From Desulfurococcales archaeon (GTDB lineage: Archaea; Thermoproteota; Thermoprotei_A; Sulfolobales; NBVN01), in assembly GCA_015521325.1 (NCBI GenBank), contig WAOK01000002.1, positions 70,756 to 134,755 of the forward strand: DNA of 64,000 nt. The letters are read 5' to 3'. The position numbers and the translations under genes were made by a program. Position 1 is the first letter of the stretch, and each line of letters starts with the position of its first letter. The notes below the pieces were generated by a model. The model was not told the DNA's origin, searched no databases, and was given only the letters and a program-made list of their open reading frames with translations. This document shows positions 52,303-61,177 of the stretch, piece after piece.

Positions 52303-53277
52303 ATGAGCGAGAGAGTGATAGTAACGCATACAGATCTCGATGGTGTAGCGGCGGCCGCAATAATCGTAGGAACCGTTGGAGAAGCTGATAGACTGATGTT
52401 TGCCCAGCCTCATCAGCTTGGCGCTGTTTTCGCTAAGATCCCTAACGGGGCAGAGGTATACGTGTCAGATCTTGGTATTAATCAACCCATTCTCGAGAAG
52501 GTTGCTAAACAGATTGGGAGGATCACCGAATCTGAAGGGACAGTAAAGTGGTTCGATCATCATAGGTGGGAGGAAGGGTGGGTGAGGAGGCTACGGGATG
52601 CAGGGGCGGAGGTATACGTTGATACGGAGACGTGTGGTGCTGGGGTGGTCGCTAAGTATCTGCCAGCTAGCTCTGAATGGGTAAAGGAACTTGTCAGCGC
52701 GACCTGCTCAGTTGACCTATGGGTATTTGACGATTGGAGGGGGAACTACCTAGCCAAGTATGTTGGCTACGGTGGAACAGAGTGGAAAAGAAGAGCGGTG
52801 ACTAAACTAATCGGCTTTACCGGAATCGATAATGAAATTGAGGAAGTAGTTGAGAAAGTAGTGTCGAAGGAGCTGGAAATACTTACATCTGCTGTGGCTA
52901 AGGCCGTAGTAGTTAGTGGTAAGGGCGGGTTGAGGGCTGTTGCTTACTTTAAGAGTAGAGACGACCATCATCTCACCTCCTTCATCGCGTCTCTCCTCAT
53001 GAACCGATTTGATATTGATGTAGCGATAATTTGCCGCAGGGGATCGCTCTCATTTAGGTCGAGACGCGGCGTTGATGTATCAAAGGCAGCTAAGCTCATC
53101 GGGGGAGGCGGTCATCCTAGGGCTGCGGGCGCTAAGATTAATCCGCCTCTCTGGAGGCTAGTCCTGTCCTTTCTCGGTATTCGCGGCCCCCTCTTTAGAT
53201 GGTGTGTTAATGTCGCGCTCGACGCTCTTGAGAGGGCCGCCCGTGGAGAAGATCTTCCTCGTGAGGTAGGTTGTTAG
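52303..53277 (+). CDS. DHH/DHHA1 phosphoesterase (NrnA-like)
   Basis: 324 aa. Motifs HTDLDG, SDLG, FDHHRW (DHH), GGGGHPRAAG (DHHA1). The last roughly 40 codons run antisense over the next gene. Confidence 0.8.
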   Translation: MSERVIVTHTDLDGVAAAAIIVGTVGEADRLMFAQPHQLGAVFAKIPNGAEVYVSDLGINQPILEKVAKQIGRITESEGTVKWFDHHRWEEGWVRRLRDAGAEVYVDTETCGAGVVAKYLPASSEWVKELVSATCSVDLWVFDDWRGNYLAKYVGYGGTEWKRRAVTKLIGFTGIDNEIEEVVEKVVSKELEILTSAVAKAVVVSGKGGLRAVAYFKSRDDHHLTSFIASLLMNRFDIDVAIICRRGSLSFRSRRGVDVSKAAKLIGGGGHPRAAGAKINPPLWRLVLSFLGIRGPLFRWCVNVALDALERAARGEDLPREVGC

Positions 53278-53682
53278 GGCATCATCCCTTTCTTGGTACT
53301 CCCTCACCAGCCTCGCGACTTCCTCGTTTGGGTAGTCGTCCCTATATTCCTTGAGGCTAGGTATGATCTCTTCCGACTCTGTAGAGATAATAACTGGCTC
53401 TACCGGGCTCTCCCATCTTTCCTCGGCGTCGGCCTTGATGAGGGCTTCGGCTATGGACTTGTCGTCGGCATCAGTAGGTAGCTTTGTGAGTGCCGCGTAG
53501 TGGTTGTCGATGTAGTGCGCTACTAACGACACTTTCTTTCCCTTATGACTGCCCTCCATTATTATCACTTCTGAGGAATCTGGAAGTACCGCATGAGGAC
53601 CGTCCTTTAGGTCAACACCCAGTTTCTTCAGATACTCACGAAGTCTTCGTAAGTCTTTTGTTTCAATTATGACCAGAGGCAA
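53158..53682 (-). CDS. Hypothetical acidic protein
   Basis: 174 aa with no recognised motif. G/C-ending codon bias persists into the 120-nt overlap with the DHH gene. Confidence 0.4.
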   Translation of the reverse strand: MPLVIIETKDLRRLREYLKKLGVDLKDGPHAVLPDSSEVIIMEGSHKGKKVSLVAHYIDNHYAALTKLPTDADDKSIAEALIKADAEERWESPVEPVIISTESEEIIPSLKEYRDDYPNEEVARLVREYQERDDALTTYLTRKIFSTGGPLKSVERDINTPSKEGAANTEKGQD

Positions 53683-53733
53683 TCACAAACACCTTATAGA
53701 GACTTGAGGAAGTCAAAAAATTATTTTCGTTCT

Positions 53734-55491
53734 TTACGGCGTTAGGACACCGATCCAGTAATTGGCTAGAATCCCAATTGCCAAGGTATTAGCTATTATG
53801 CCGTAGAGGAGGCCGTACATCACAAGATCCCTCATCCTGACCCTGCCAGTAGAGTACACTATTGCCGAGGGAGGTGTCGATATCGGCAAGGCAACGGCGT
53901 TGTTCAGCGATACCACGGCCGCTATCGTCGCTACGGCCGCACCCGCTTCGAGGGGTATGCCCATGCCCGCAGCTATGAGCATGCCGAGCGGGATGGTCAA
54001 CGGCGCTATGAAGGCGGACGCGCTTGTGTGGCTGGATATGAATGTGCCGACGATGTAGGCGGCGAAGCCCACCACGAACCATGCCGCGAAGCCCATGTAC
54101 CTTACTGGCGAGAGCACTACGAGTAGCTGCTCAGCGAAGCCCGTGGCCATCAATGCCTTACCTAGGGTGAGTCCGGCGCCGAAGAGCACCATGAGATCCC
54201 AAGCTAGCTTCTTGAAGTGTTTCTTCACGTCTAGTACGCCGGTGGCGAAGAACACAAGTAGGCCTATTGCACCAGCTATACCTGACGAGATGTGATGGAT
54301 GGGCTCGGTTAGCCAGAGAGCGACGAGGAAGAGCATGTTAGCTAGGCCGAGGATCTCGAGTTTGCTAAAGGGTTTCTTCTCCTCTTCTACCTTCAGCTTT
54401 CGGAGAGCCTCACCTATTCTTGGGAGCTCGTCAGCTGCGACCACCCTGGCGTACATTATTGCCAAGAGAAGCCCAACGGTTATGCCTATGAGCCATGCTG
54501 GCGCACCAACCATTAGCCAGCGGTTGAAGTCCATGAACTGGGTCGCCCCAACGTTCTTGTAGACGACGTCGTTGAGGAGCTGTGATACTATGAGGTTAGG
54601 TGGCGTACCGATTATTGTTGCCGTGCCGCCGACGCTGGCCGCCATCGCTAGTGAGGCAAAGAGTATTGAGGAGAACCTCGTGTTATCTATCTTCGCTTGG
54701 GTAACCAGGCTTATGACGAGGGGCAGTATCACGTACGTTGCGGCAGTATTACTCATCCACATGCTGAGGAAACTGACTATCAGCCCAGCCCCTATTATGA
54801 GCCTCGCTGGTGATGTAGCAAATGAGGTGAGGGTTCTAGCTACCCTCTTATCGAGGCCCGTCTCCTTGATTATGATTTCCATAGCGGAGCCAGCGATGAA
54901 TACCCAGATGAGCGGCGCCATGTACATTGTAAAGGCGGCCTTCTGGGCCACAACCCCTGTTAGCACGAGGGCTAGTGTGACGTAAATACCCGTTATTACG
55001 TAGTGAATTACAGATGCTGCCGCGAACAGGACTATCGCTGAGCCGAATATGAACGCTGACTCCTTGAGCTTTGAGTACGGCTGTATCTCGAAGACCGCCT
55101 CATTATTTGTGTACTTTATTGGTAAGTACTCGTAACGCCTTCCATCCGGCGTCAAGACCTTCAGGTGTATGTCTGATAGTGTGAGGTTCTCCGCCCCCTC
55201 TATCTTCGCCGTGATCACTATCTTATTCCCGGGGGATATGCTGGTCACTGCCTCGACATTTACGGTGATGTTGATGTTGTTGCCGCTGAACGCCACCGTA
55301 GTGTCCTGACTCCCCTCTCCCAAAATATACGTGAGTGTTCCGTTCACCCCATACCTCGGTATCTCTAATGCTAGTTGGTAGGTGCCCTCTGGCCAGTCGG
55401 GCGGCATTACGGTATAGAGTGCCGTGCCAACTATTATGGCGAGAATTAAGGCAATAACCCTCTTCTGCGCTGCGCTGACACTCACGGCCAT
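53734..55491 (-). CDS. DASS/SLC13-type anion (di/tricarboxylate or sulfate) transporter with extra N-terminal extracytoplasmic domain
   Basis: 585 aa. WMSNTAATY (SNT hairpin motif). About 140-aa beta-rich domain after TM1 with N-x-S/T sequons. Confidence 0.7.
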   Translation of the reverse strand: MAVSVSAAQKRVIALILAIIVGTALYTVMPPDWPEGTYQLALEIPRYGVNGTLTYILGEGSQDTTVAFSGNNINITVNVEAVTSISPGNKIVITAKIEGAENLTLSDIHLKVLTPDGRRYEYLPIKYTNNEAVFEIQPYSKLKESAFIFGSAIVLFAAASVIHYVITGIYVTLALVLTGVVAQKAAFTMYMAPLIWVFIAGSAMEIIIKETGLDKRVARTLTSFATSPARLIIGAGLIVSFLSMWMSNTAATYVILPLVISLVTQAKIDNTRFSSILFASLAMAASVGGTATIIGTPPNLIVSQLLNDVVYKNVGATQFMDFNRWLMVGAPAWLIGITVGLLLAIMYARVVAADELPRIGEALRKLKVEEEKKPFSKLEILGLANMLFLVALWLTEPIHHISSGIAGAIGLLVFFATGVLDVKKHFKKLAWDLMVLFGAGLTLGKALMATGFAEQLLVVLSPVRYMGFAAWFVVGFAAYIVGTFISSHTSASAFIAPLTIPLGMLIAAGMGIPLEAGAAVATIAAVVSLNNAVALPISTPPSAIVYSTGRVRMRDLVMYGLLYGIIANTLAIGILANYWIGVLTP

Positions 55492-55507
55492 GCCCTAGCG
55501 GCTATAT

Positions 55508-56185
55508 TTAGGATTTCGTTAAAACGTTTTTCATCACGTGCCTTACGCAGTCTGGCGGAACGTATTCCACGAGATAAATAACATTCGACGCTCTGAGAAC
55601 TTTAATACCTCTTGACCTGAGGCAGTCAGCATCAACTTCAAGGACTACAGGTATACCTCTCCTCGCACCTGTTTCAGCTGCTATGACGGGATCAGTTGTT
55701 AGGTGAACGTAGTGCCGTCTCCTAGGCCTTATCCCCTCCTTCATTATTGGCCTGAGGAGGTGGGACGCTGTACCATGATATAGTATCTTGACGGAGTTAT
55801 CCTCGTAGTAGGTCGGTAGCTTATCGGGGCTGATGTTCTTTGAGTGCCCGTACACCGCCCTGATCTTTCCATCCCTTACTTCGAACCTTCCCTTGGGATC
55901 GAGAGATGCAACAGCTATGATATGTTCGGGCGTTATCCACTGATATTTTTCTTTGTTTCTCCAGCACTCCCTTATTCCCCTAACTAGTTCCTCTATACTG
56001 ACCCAGCCGCCTTTCTCCAGCTCTATACAAACATCTCCGGGTGAGTGCCTGAGAATATAGCTCATTAATTTACTCAGTGACGTCCTTTTCGAAGCATCGA
56101 TTAGGGGTTCGGCTGATTCTTTACAATCGCTTGGTGACTCCACGTAACCCTTGCCGCACTTATATATGCTTCTCATGAGCAACAC
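55508..56185 (-). CDS. kptA: RNA 2'-phosphotransferase (Tpt1/KptA)
   Basis: 225 aa. LSKLMSYILRHSP, HGT....L..I...G, RRHYVHL. About 35-aa N-terminal extension containing CGKG...SDC. Confidence 0.8.
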   Translation of the reverse strand: MLLMRSIYKCGKGYVESPSDCKESAEPLIDASKRTSLSKLMSYILRHSPGDVCIELEKGGWVSIEELVRGIRECWRNKEKYQWITPEHIIAVASLDPKGRFEVRDGKIRAVYGHSKNISPDKLPTYYEDNSVKILYHGTASHLLRPIMKEGIRPRRRHYVHLTTDPVIAAETGARRGIPVVLEVDADCLRSRGIKVLRASNVIYLVEYVPPDCVRHVMKNVLTKS

Positions 56186-56252
56186 CCTATTCTCTAGGAG
56201 CTAAGGTATTAGTTGAGGGAAAAACACTGCTTGTGACAAGAATGCACAGAGG

Positions 56253-56687
56253 TCACTTTCTCATCGCTATTATCACACCTACTATGAAACCTGCAGCTAT
56301 CGGACCTACCGTAAGGATACCTAGAGCCGATAAGACACTCTGGATCACTGGGTATATCTTCGATGCCTCCTCCCCTAATCTCGAAATCACGTCATAGGCG
56401 CTACCTCCAAGTGACCATATTGATAGTATTGACCCAAGAATCAGTATCCCTATGAGGGCCAGTATGTAGCGGATCACCTTGGCCGAGTAGTATCCGAGGC
56501 CCAGACCCATTAAGAACTGTATCGCTACAGCCAACATGACCTTGGGGTTCTTGAGGGCGTCGCTCAGGAACGATGGGAGGGTGACCTCGGTCGCTGTCTG
56601 GTTTTCCGTCTGGGATAGGGTCGTGGGGGCTAGGATCGCGGGTATCAATATGATTGCCGCTAATACCGCTGGGAGTGCTTTGCTCAT
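56253..56687 (-). CDS. Small membrane protein (unknown function)
   Basis: 144 aa. Signal/TM at the N-terminus plus 3 TM helices. Confidence 0.35.
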   Translation of the reverse strand: MSKALPAVLAAIILIPAILAPTTLSQTENQTATEVTLPSFLSDALKNPKVMLAVAIQFLMGLGLGYYSAKVIRYILALIGILILGSILSIWSLGGSAYDVISRLGEEASKIYPVIQSVLSALGILTVGPIAAGFIVGVIIAMRK

Positions 56688-56800
56688 GAATTATCACCGA
56701 CACTATATTGTTTGTATGACATAATTATGTGTTGGTTCCGAGGACGCAGAGTTATGAGCCCTTTTGAGATGTTGTTGGAGGGCCGGGAGGTGGTTGCTGA

Positions 56801-58267
56801 GTGGTGATGGTAGCGGTGCTAAAGTCCGTGCTGGGGAGGAAGTCCAGAACACTGGTGGTGTCATCTGAGAGACCGGTTGAGGCAACTCCATCATATAGGT
56901 TCCTGGCCTCCATGCATAGATTCCTTCGGAAGGTTCCCGCACCTACTAAGGAGGGAAGAATGCTTTATAAGGTGTTCGTGAGGAGCACTCTCAAGCCCGG
57001 TCACTTAGTTAGTTCTCTCCTCCTATCTTCGTCCTCTCTTGCTTCGCGCTTTATTGAGCGCTGGCTTAGCGAGACCGGCACACTCTTCGCGCCCGTCGTG
57101 GTTCTCGGAAAGCATCAAGGAGAGGAAATTAAGATCTTCGGTTTTTCCTACACAGTCCCTCTTGGTTCGAGGAACAGGGGTTTCTACCCGGTGATGATAC
57201 CGGTGATCATAGCGAGGGAGCCGGATAAGCTAAAGAAAATCTTCCCGAGTGTGCTTAGAGCCGGACAGAGGTTCGTAGTGAAAACGCTCTCGGAGCTAAG
57301 TGTCGATGGTCTTGATACAGCAGAGCTTGCTGAGAGCATAGAGAGGGCTGTCCCCGACATCTCGCCTGGCCTAATAGCGATTGCTAGGGGAAGCGATGTC
57401 CTCGAGGAGATAAAGGCAGTTGTGTCTGACGGGACTGAGTATAGGGAACTGAAGATACCTATAAGAACCCCACAGTGGACTATAGAGGACCTCCCTCACC
57501 AGATCGTAGAAGACATTAGGATAACTATTGTTGAGCCAGCTAAGAGAGGCCTTCCGTTTGCTGCTAAAGGTGCCTTCATCATCGGGCCCCCCGGCGTCGG
57601 TAAGACAGTCATGGCTGAGGCACTCGCGTCAGCCCTGGGCCTAAAGCTTGTAGAACTGAGGCCTTCGACCTATAGATCGATGTGGTACGGGGCTACCGAG
57701 AAGACCTTGAACGTCATCTTCCAGCAGCTGAACAAGAGAAGGAAGAAGGTTATCCTGGTAATCGATGATGCGGAGTTCCTTATGGCTAGGGGGTTCAGCT
57801 TCCATGAGGCCCACATAACTGAGGTCTCGACAGTCCTATACCATCTCCAGAGGGATGACAGGCCCTTCACGGTGTTGACAGCGAACTACCCAGAGCTCAT
57901 TGACCCTGCGCTGATCAGGCCGGGGAGGATAGACGTGGTCATCATCCTCGGCTACCCCGACAGGGAGATGAGGCACAAGGCTATACTGAGGCATCTGAGG
58001 AACTACAGGATAAGTTATAGCGAGGAGGTGGTAGACAGGTTGGTCGAGGTGACTAGGTGGTTCTCGCTAGCGGAAATCAACGCCATAGTCAGGCTGGCGG
58101 CCGGTAAGGGAAGAGGAAAGATCGGTGAGGCTGAGGTAGAGTGGGCAAAGAAGAAGTTCAACATCGACGTCAGCTACAGGAGGTCCATGCAGGACCATCT
58201 CAGGTGGTGGGCAAGGAAGATGCAGGGCATCATAATACCCTACATACCGCCTGAGGAGGTCATCTAA
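56801..58267 (+). CDS. Classic-clade AAA+ ATPase with about 240-aa unrecognised N-terminal domain
   Basis: 488 aa. Walker A GPPGVGKT, Walker B VILVIDDAEF, sensor-1/SRH VLTANYPELIDPALIRPGRID. The start is uncertain (GTG 56801 versus internal ATGs). Confidence 0.8.
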   Translation: MVMVAVLKSVLGRKSRTLVVSSERPVEATPSYRFLASMHRFLRKVPAPTKEGRMLYKVFVRSTLKPGHLVSSLLLSSSSLASRFIERWLSETGTLFAPVVVLGKHQGEEIKIFGFSYTVPLGSRNRGFYPVMIPVIIAREPDKLKKIFPSVLRAGQRFVVKTLSELSVDGLDTAELAESIERAVPDISPGLIAIARGSDVLEEIKAVVSDGTEYRELKIPIRTPQWTIEDLPHQIVEDIRITIVEPAKRGLPFAAKGAFIIGPPGVGKTVMAEALASALGLKLVELRPSTYRSMWYGATEKTLNVIFQQLNKRRKKVILVIDDAEFLMARGFSFHEAHITEVSTVLYHLQRDDRPFTVLTANYPELIDPALIRPGRIDVVIILGYPDREMRHKAILRHLRNYRISYSEEVVDRLVEVTRWFSLAEINAIVRLAAGKGRGKIGEAEVEWAKKKFNIDVSYRRSMQDHLRWWARKMQGIIIPYIPPEEVI

Positions 58268-58270
58268 TAG

Positions 58271-59131
58271 TTGCCGAGGCTTAAGGAGGGCTTCTCCCCT
58301 CTGGATTTAGTGGCGCTGGTCGCTGTCTGGTTCTGCATATCCCTCGCCGGTCCACTAGTGGTCTTTTCGGGTGCCGAGCCAACTGCCTGCGCTTTCTGGA
58401 GGTTGGCCCTGTCGTCAGTGATGCTCTTGCCTCTAGTGATCAGGTCTGTAGGGAGGTTTACGGTTCTCTCGACTCTGGCTGGGGTCGCCCTTGGCATACA
58501 TTTTGTTTCGTGGATGAACTCCATACCCTTAATAGGTGTGGCCCTTAGCACAGCTATCGTAACTACGTACCCGCTGATACTGGCTGGAGCTGAGTGGTTG
58601 GCCCGCGAGCCTCCATCGGCGAAGGGAGTGCTGGGTCTCGTAGTAGCAGTGGGTGCCTTGGTCTTGGCCAACCTCTCGGTCGAGGCCCTTGACGTAGGAG
58701 GGGTCTTCATGGCGTCGGTGGGTGCGTTTGCAGCAGCTGCTTATTTCTTCATTAGTCGGCTCGTTAGGAGGGCTGATGTACCGACTGTGAGGCATGCCCT
58801 CCTAGCTAATACTGTGGCTGCATCGGTCGCTGCTGTTTTCGGTGTCGTCTCCGGTACTGACCTATTCCCGGAGAGCGTTCGTGCTTGGGTGTCTTTCGTT
58901 GCCCTAGCTGCTCTACCGATGCTCTGCGGTCACGGCCTCATGATTTACTTGATGAAGAAGATGAGGGCTTCCACAGTCACTTCGGTCGCGGCAGCTGAGC
59001 CTATAGGGGCTGGTTTGATCGCTTGGGCGTTCCTTGGTGAGCCTTTATCTCTTGAACTCCTTATTCTGCTGATAGCTGTGTGGGTTGGGGTAACCTTGGT
59101 TATTCGGGAAGAGGTTATGGAAAACGGTTAG
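58271..59131 (+). CDS. EamA/DMT-family transporter
   Basis: 286 aa, 10 TM helices in two repeats. 3 nt after the AAA+ gene. Confidence 0.7.
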   Translation: MPRLKEGFSPLDLVALVAVWFCISLAGPLVVFSGAEPTACAFWRLALSSVMLLPLVIRSVGRFTVLSTLAGVALGIHFVSWMNSIPLIGVALSTAIVTTYPLILAGAEWLAREPPSAKGVLGLVVAVGALVLANLSVEALDVGGVFMASVGAFAAAAYFFISRLVRRADVPTVRHALLANTVAASVAAVFGVVSGTDLFPESVRAWVSFVALAALPMLCGHGLMIYLMKKMRASTVTSVAAAEPIGAGLIAWAFLGEPLSLELLILLIAVWVGVTLVIREEVMENG

Positions 59132-59140
59132 GTTTCTTGC

Positions 59141-60217
59141 TTATTTCTTTTTATATAGATGGCAGGCGACGTAGTGGCCCTCGCTGATCTCGAATAGCTC
59201 GGGTTCTTCCTTCTTACAGATGTCCATCGTGTAGAGGCATCTTGGGTGGAAGCGGCAGCCTGGCGGTATGTTGGCGGCGCTGGGTACCTCACCCTTGATC
59301 GGGACCTCCCTTATCCTGAACCTGTTGCTTGGGTCGGGCTCCGGCACAGCTGCTAGGAGGGCCTTGGTATATGGGTGGAGCGGGTTATTGATGAGTTCCT
59401 CGGTCGGGGCTAGCTCCACTATCTTGCCCAGGTACATCACGGCTATCCTGTTGCAGAGGTATGCGGCCACTGCTAGGTCGTGGGTGATGAAGAGGTAGGT
59501 GAGTCCCTTGGCTTCCTTGAGGTCCATCATGAGCTTCAGTATCTCCGCGCGTATCGAGACGTCTAGCATGCTGACGGGCTCGTCGGCGACGACGAGCTTC
59601 GGCCCTAGGATCATTGCCCTTGCGAATGCTACCCTCTGCCTCTGACCGCCTGAGAGCATGTGCGGGTACCTGCCGATGAACTCGTCCGGCGGAACCAGCT
59701 TTACCTCTGAGAGAGCCCTGTATATGAGCTCCCTCCTCTCCTCCTCGGAAGCGCCGATGCCGTGCACTATCAACGGCTCCTTAAGTATGTCGTACACCTT
59801 CATCCTCGGGTTCAAGGAGCCGAAGGGGTCCTGGAAGACTATCTGGATCTCCCTCCTCAGCGCCTTGTCAACATGCTTCGGCAGCTTCGGGTTGGCGATG
59901 TCTATATAACCGTCCTCACTCACGAACTTCTCCGGTGTAATCGACTTTACTTCCTCGCTGGCTTTGAAGTACATGTGGCCCGCAGTGGGGACTATCAACC
60001 TTGTTATCATTCTACCGGTTGTGGTTTTGCCGCAGCCGGACTCACCGACTAGGCAGAATATCTCTCCTTCATGTAGGTCGAAAGATACACCATCAACAGC
60101 TCTGACATATCTCTTCGGCTTGAACGTCAATGCCTCCACTAACGACCTCCTGAGCGGGAACCACTTCTTCAGGTCACGAACCCTTAGGATAACGTCTCCT
60201 GCGGACACGTGGATCAC
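59141..60217 (-). CDS. oppF: Oligopeptide/dipeptide ABC transporter ATP-binding protein (OppF-type)
   Basis: 358 aa. Walker A GESGCGKTT, signature LSGGQRQRV, Walker B VVADEPVSMLD. C-terminal oligopeptide-type domain with CRFHPRCLYTMDIC...AC. Confidence 0.85.
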   Translation of the reverse strand: MIHVSAGDVILRVRDLKKWFPLRRSLVEALTFKPKRYVRAVDGVSFDLHEGEIFCLVGESGCGKTTTGRMITRLIVPTAGHMYFKASEEVKSITPEKFVSEDGYIDIANPKLPKHVDKALRREIQIVFQDPFGSLNPRMKVYDILKEPLIVHGIGASEEERRELIYRALSEVKLVPPDEFIGRYPHMLSGGQRQRVAFARAMILGPKLVVADEPVSMLDVSIRAEILKLMMDLKEAKGLTYLFITHDLAVAAYLCNRIAVMYLGKIVELAPTEELINNPLHPYTKALLAAVPEPDPSNRFRIREVPIKGEVPSAANIPPGCRFHPRCLYTMDICKKEEPELFEISEGHYVACHLYKKK

Positions 60218-60220
60218 CCC

Positions 60221-61174
60221 TCAGTAAAGATGGCAGGCCACGTAGTGGCCTGGCTCGACCTCTTTCAGCACGGGCTCCTCCTTTCTGCAGACGTCCATGA
60301 CATACTGGCACCTCGGGAAGAAGCGGCAGCCCGGCGGCGGCCTCGACAGGTCCGGTGGTACGCCAGGTATCCACCTGATCTCCTCCCTCTTCCTCAGCCT
60401 CGGTATGCTCGCTAGCAGGCCCTGTGTGTACGGGTGGAGCGGGTTGCCGTAGACTTGGTCGGCGCTGCCTATCTCGACGATCTTGCCGGCGTACATAACC
60501 GCGACCTTGTCAGCTATCTCGGCGATGAGGCTCAGGTCGTGGGTGATGAATATCATCGCCATCTTATAGCGCTGCTTGATCTGCTTGAACAGGTTGATTA
60601 TCTGCGCCTGAACGATTACGTCCAGCGCAGTTGTGGGCTCGTCCGCTATGACCAGGTCAGGGTTCAGTATCAGTGCCATAGCAATGATTACCCTCTGCTT
60701 CTGACCACCGCTGAGCTCGTGCGGGTACCTCTTCATTATGGTCTCGTCTAGACCGACCATCTTCAGGAGCTTGGCTATTATCTCCCTCGACTCCTTCTTC
60801 GAGAGCCCCTTGTGTATCATGAGTGGCTCGGCCAACTGATCCTCGATAGTGAATACCGGGTTAAGTGCGTTCATGGCTCCCTGGAATATCATTGATATCT
60901 TCTTCCACCTGACCTTTTTCCTTAGATCGTCCTCGGAGAGCTTGGTGATGTCGATCCCGTCGATAACTATTGAGCCACCGGTTATCCTGCCAGGCGGCGG
61001 GACCATGTTGAGGAGGGACCACGCTATCGTTGATTTACCGCAACCGGACTCACCTACTAGGCCCAACACCTCCCCTCTCTCTAGGCTGAAGGAGACGTTA
61101 TCTACCGCCCTAACCACACCCCTTAGGGTGTAGTAGTAGGTTTTGAGGTTCTTTACCTCGAGCAGGGCCATCAT
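60221..61174 (-). CDS. oppD: Oligopeptide/dipeptide ABC transporter ATP-binding protein (OppD-type)
   Basis: 317 aa. Motifs GESGCGKST, LSGGQKQRV, VIADEPTTALD. C-terminal CRFFPRCQYVMDVC...AC. Confidence 0.85.
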   Translation of the reverse strand: MMALLEVKNLKTYYYTLRGVVRAVDNVSFSLERGEVLGLVGESGCGKSTIAWSLLNMVPPPGRITGGSIVIDGIDITKLSEDDLRKKVRWKKISMIFQGAMNALNPVFTIEDQLAEPLMIHKGLSKKESREIIAKLLKMVGLDETIMKRYPHELSGGQKQRVIIAMALILNPDLVIADEPTTALDVIVQAQIINLFKQIKQRYKMAMIFITHDLSLIAEIADKVAVMYAGKIVEIGSADQVYGNPLHPYTQGLLASIPRLRKREEIRWIPGVPPDLSRPPPGCRFFPRCQYVMDVCRKEEPVLKEVEPGHYVACHLY

Positions 61175-61177
61175 GGA

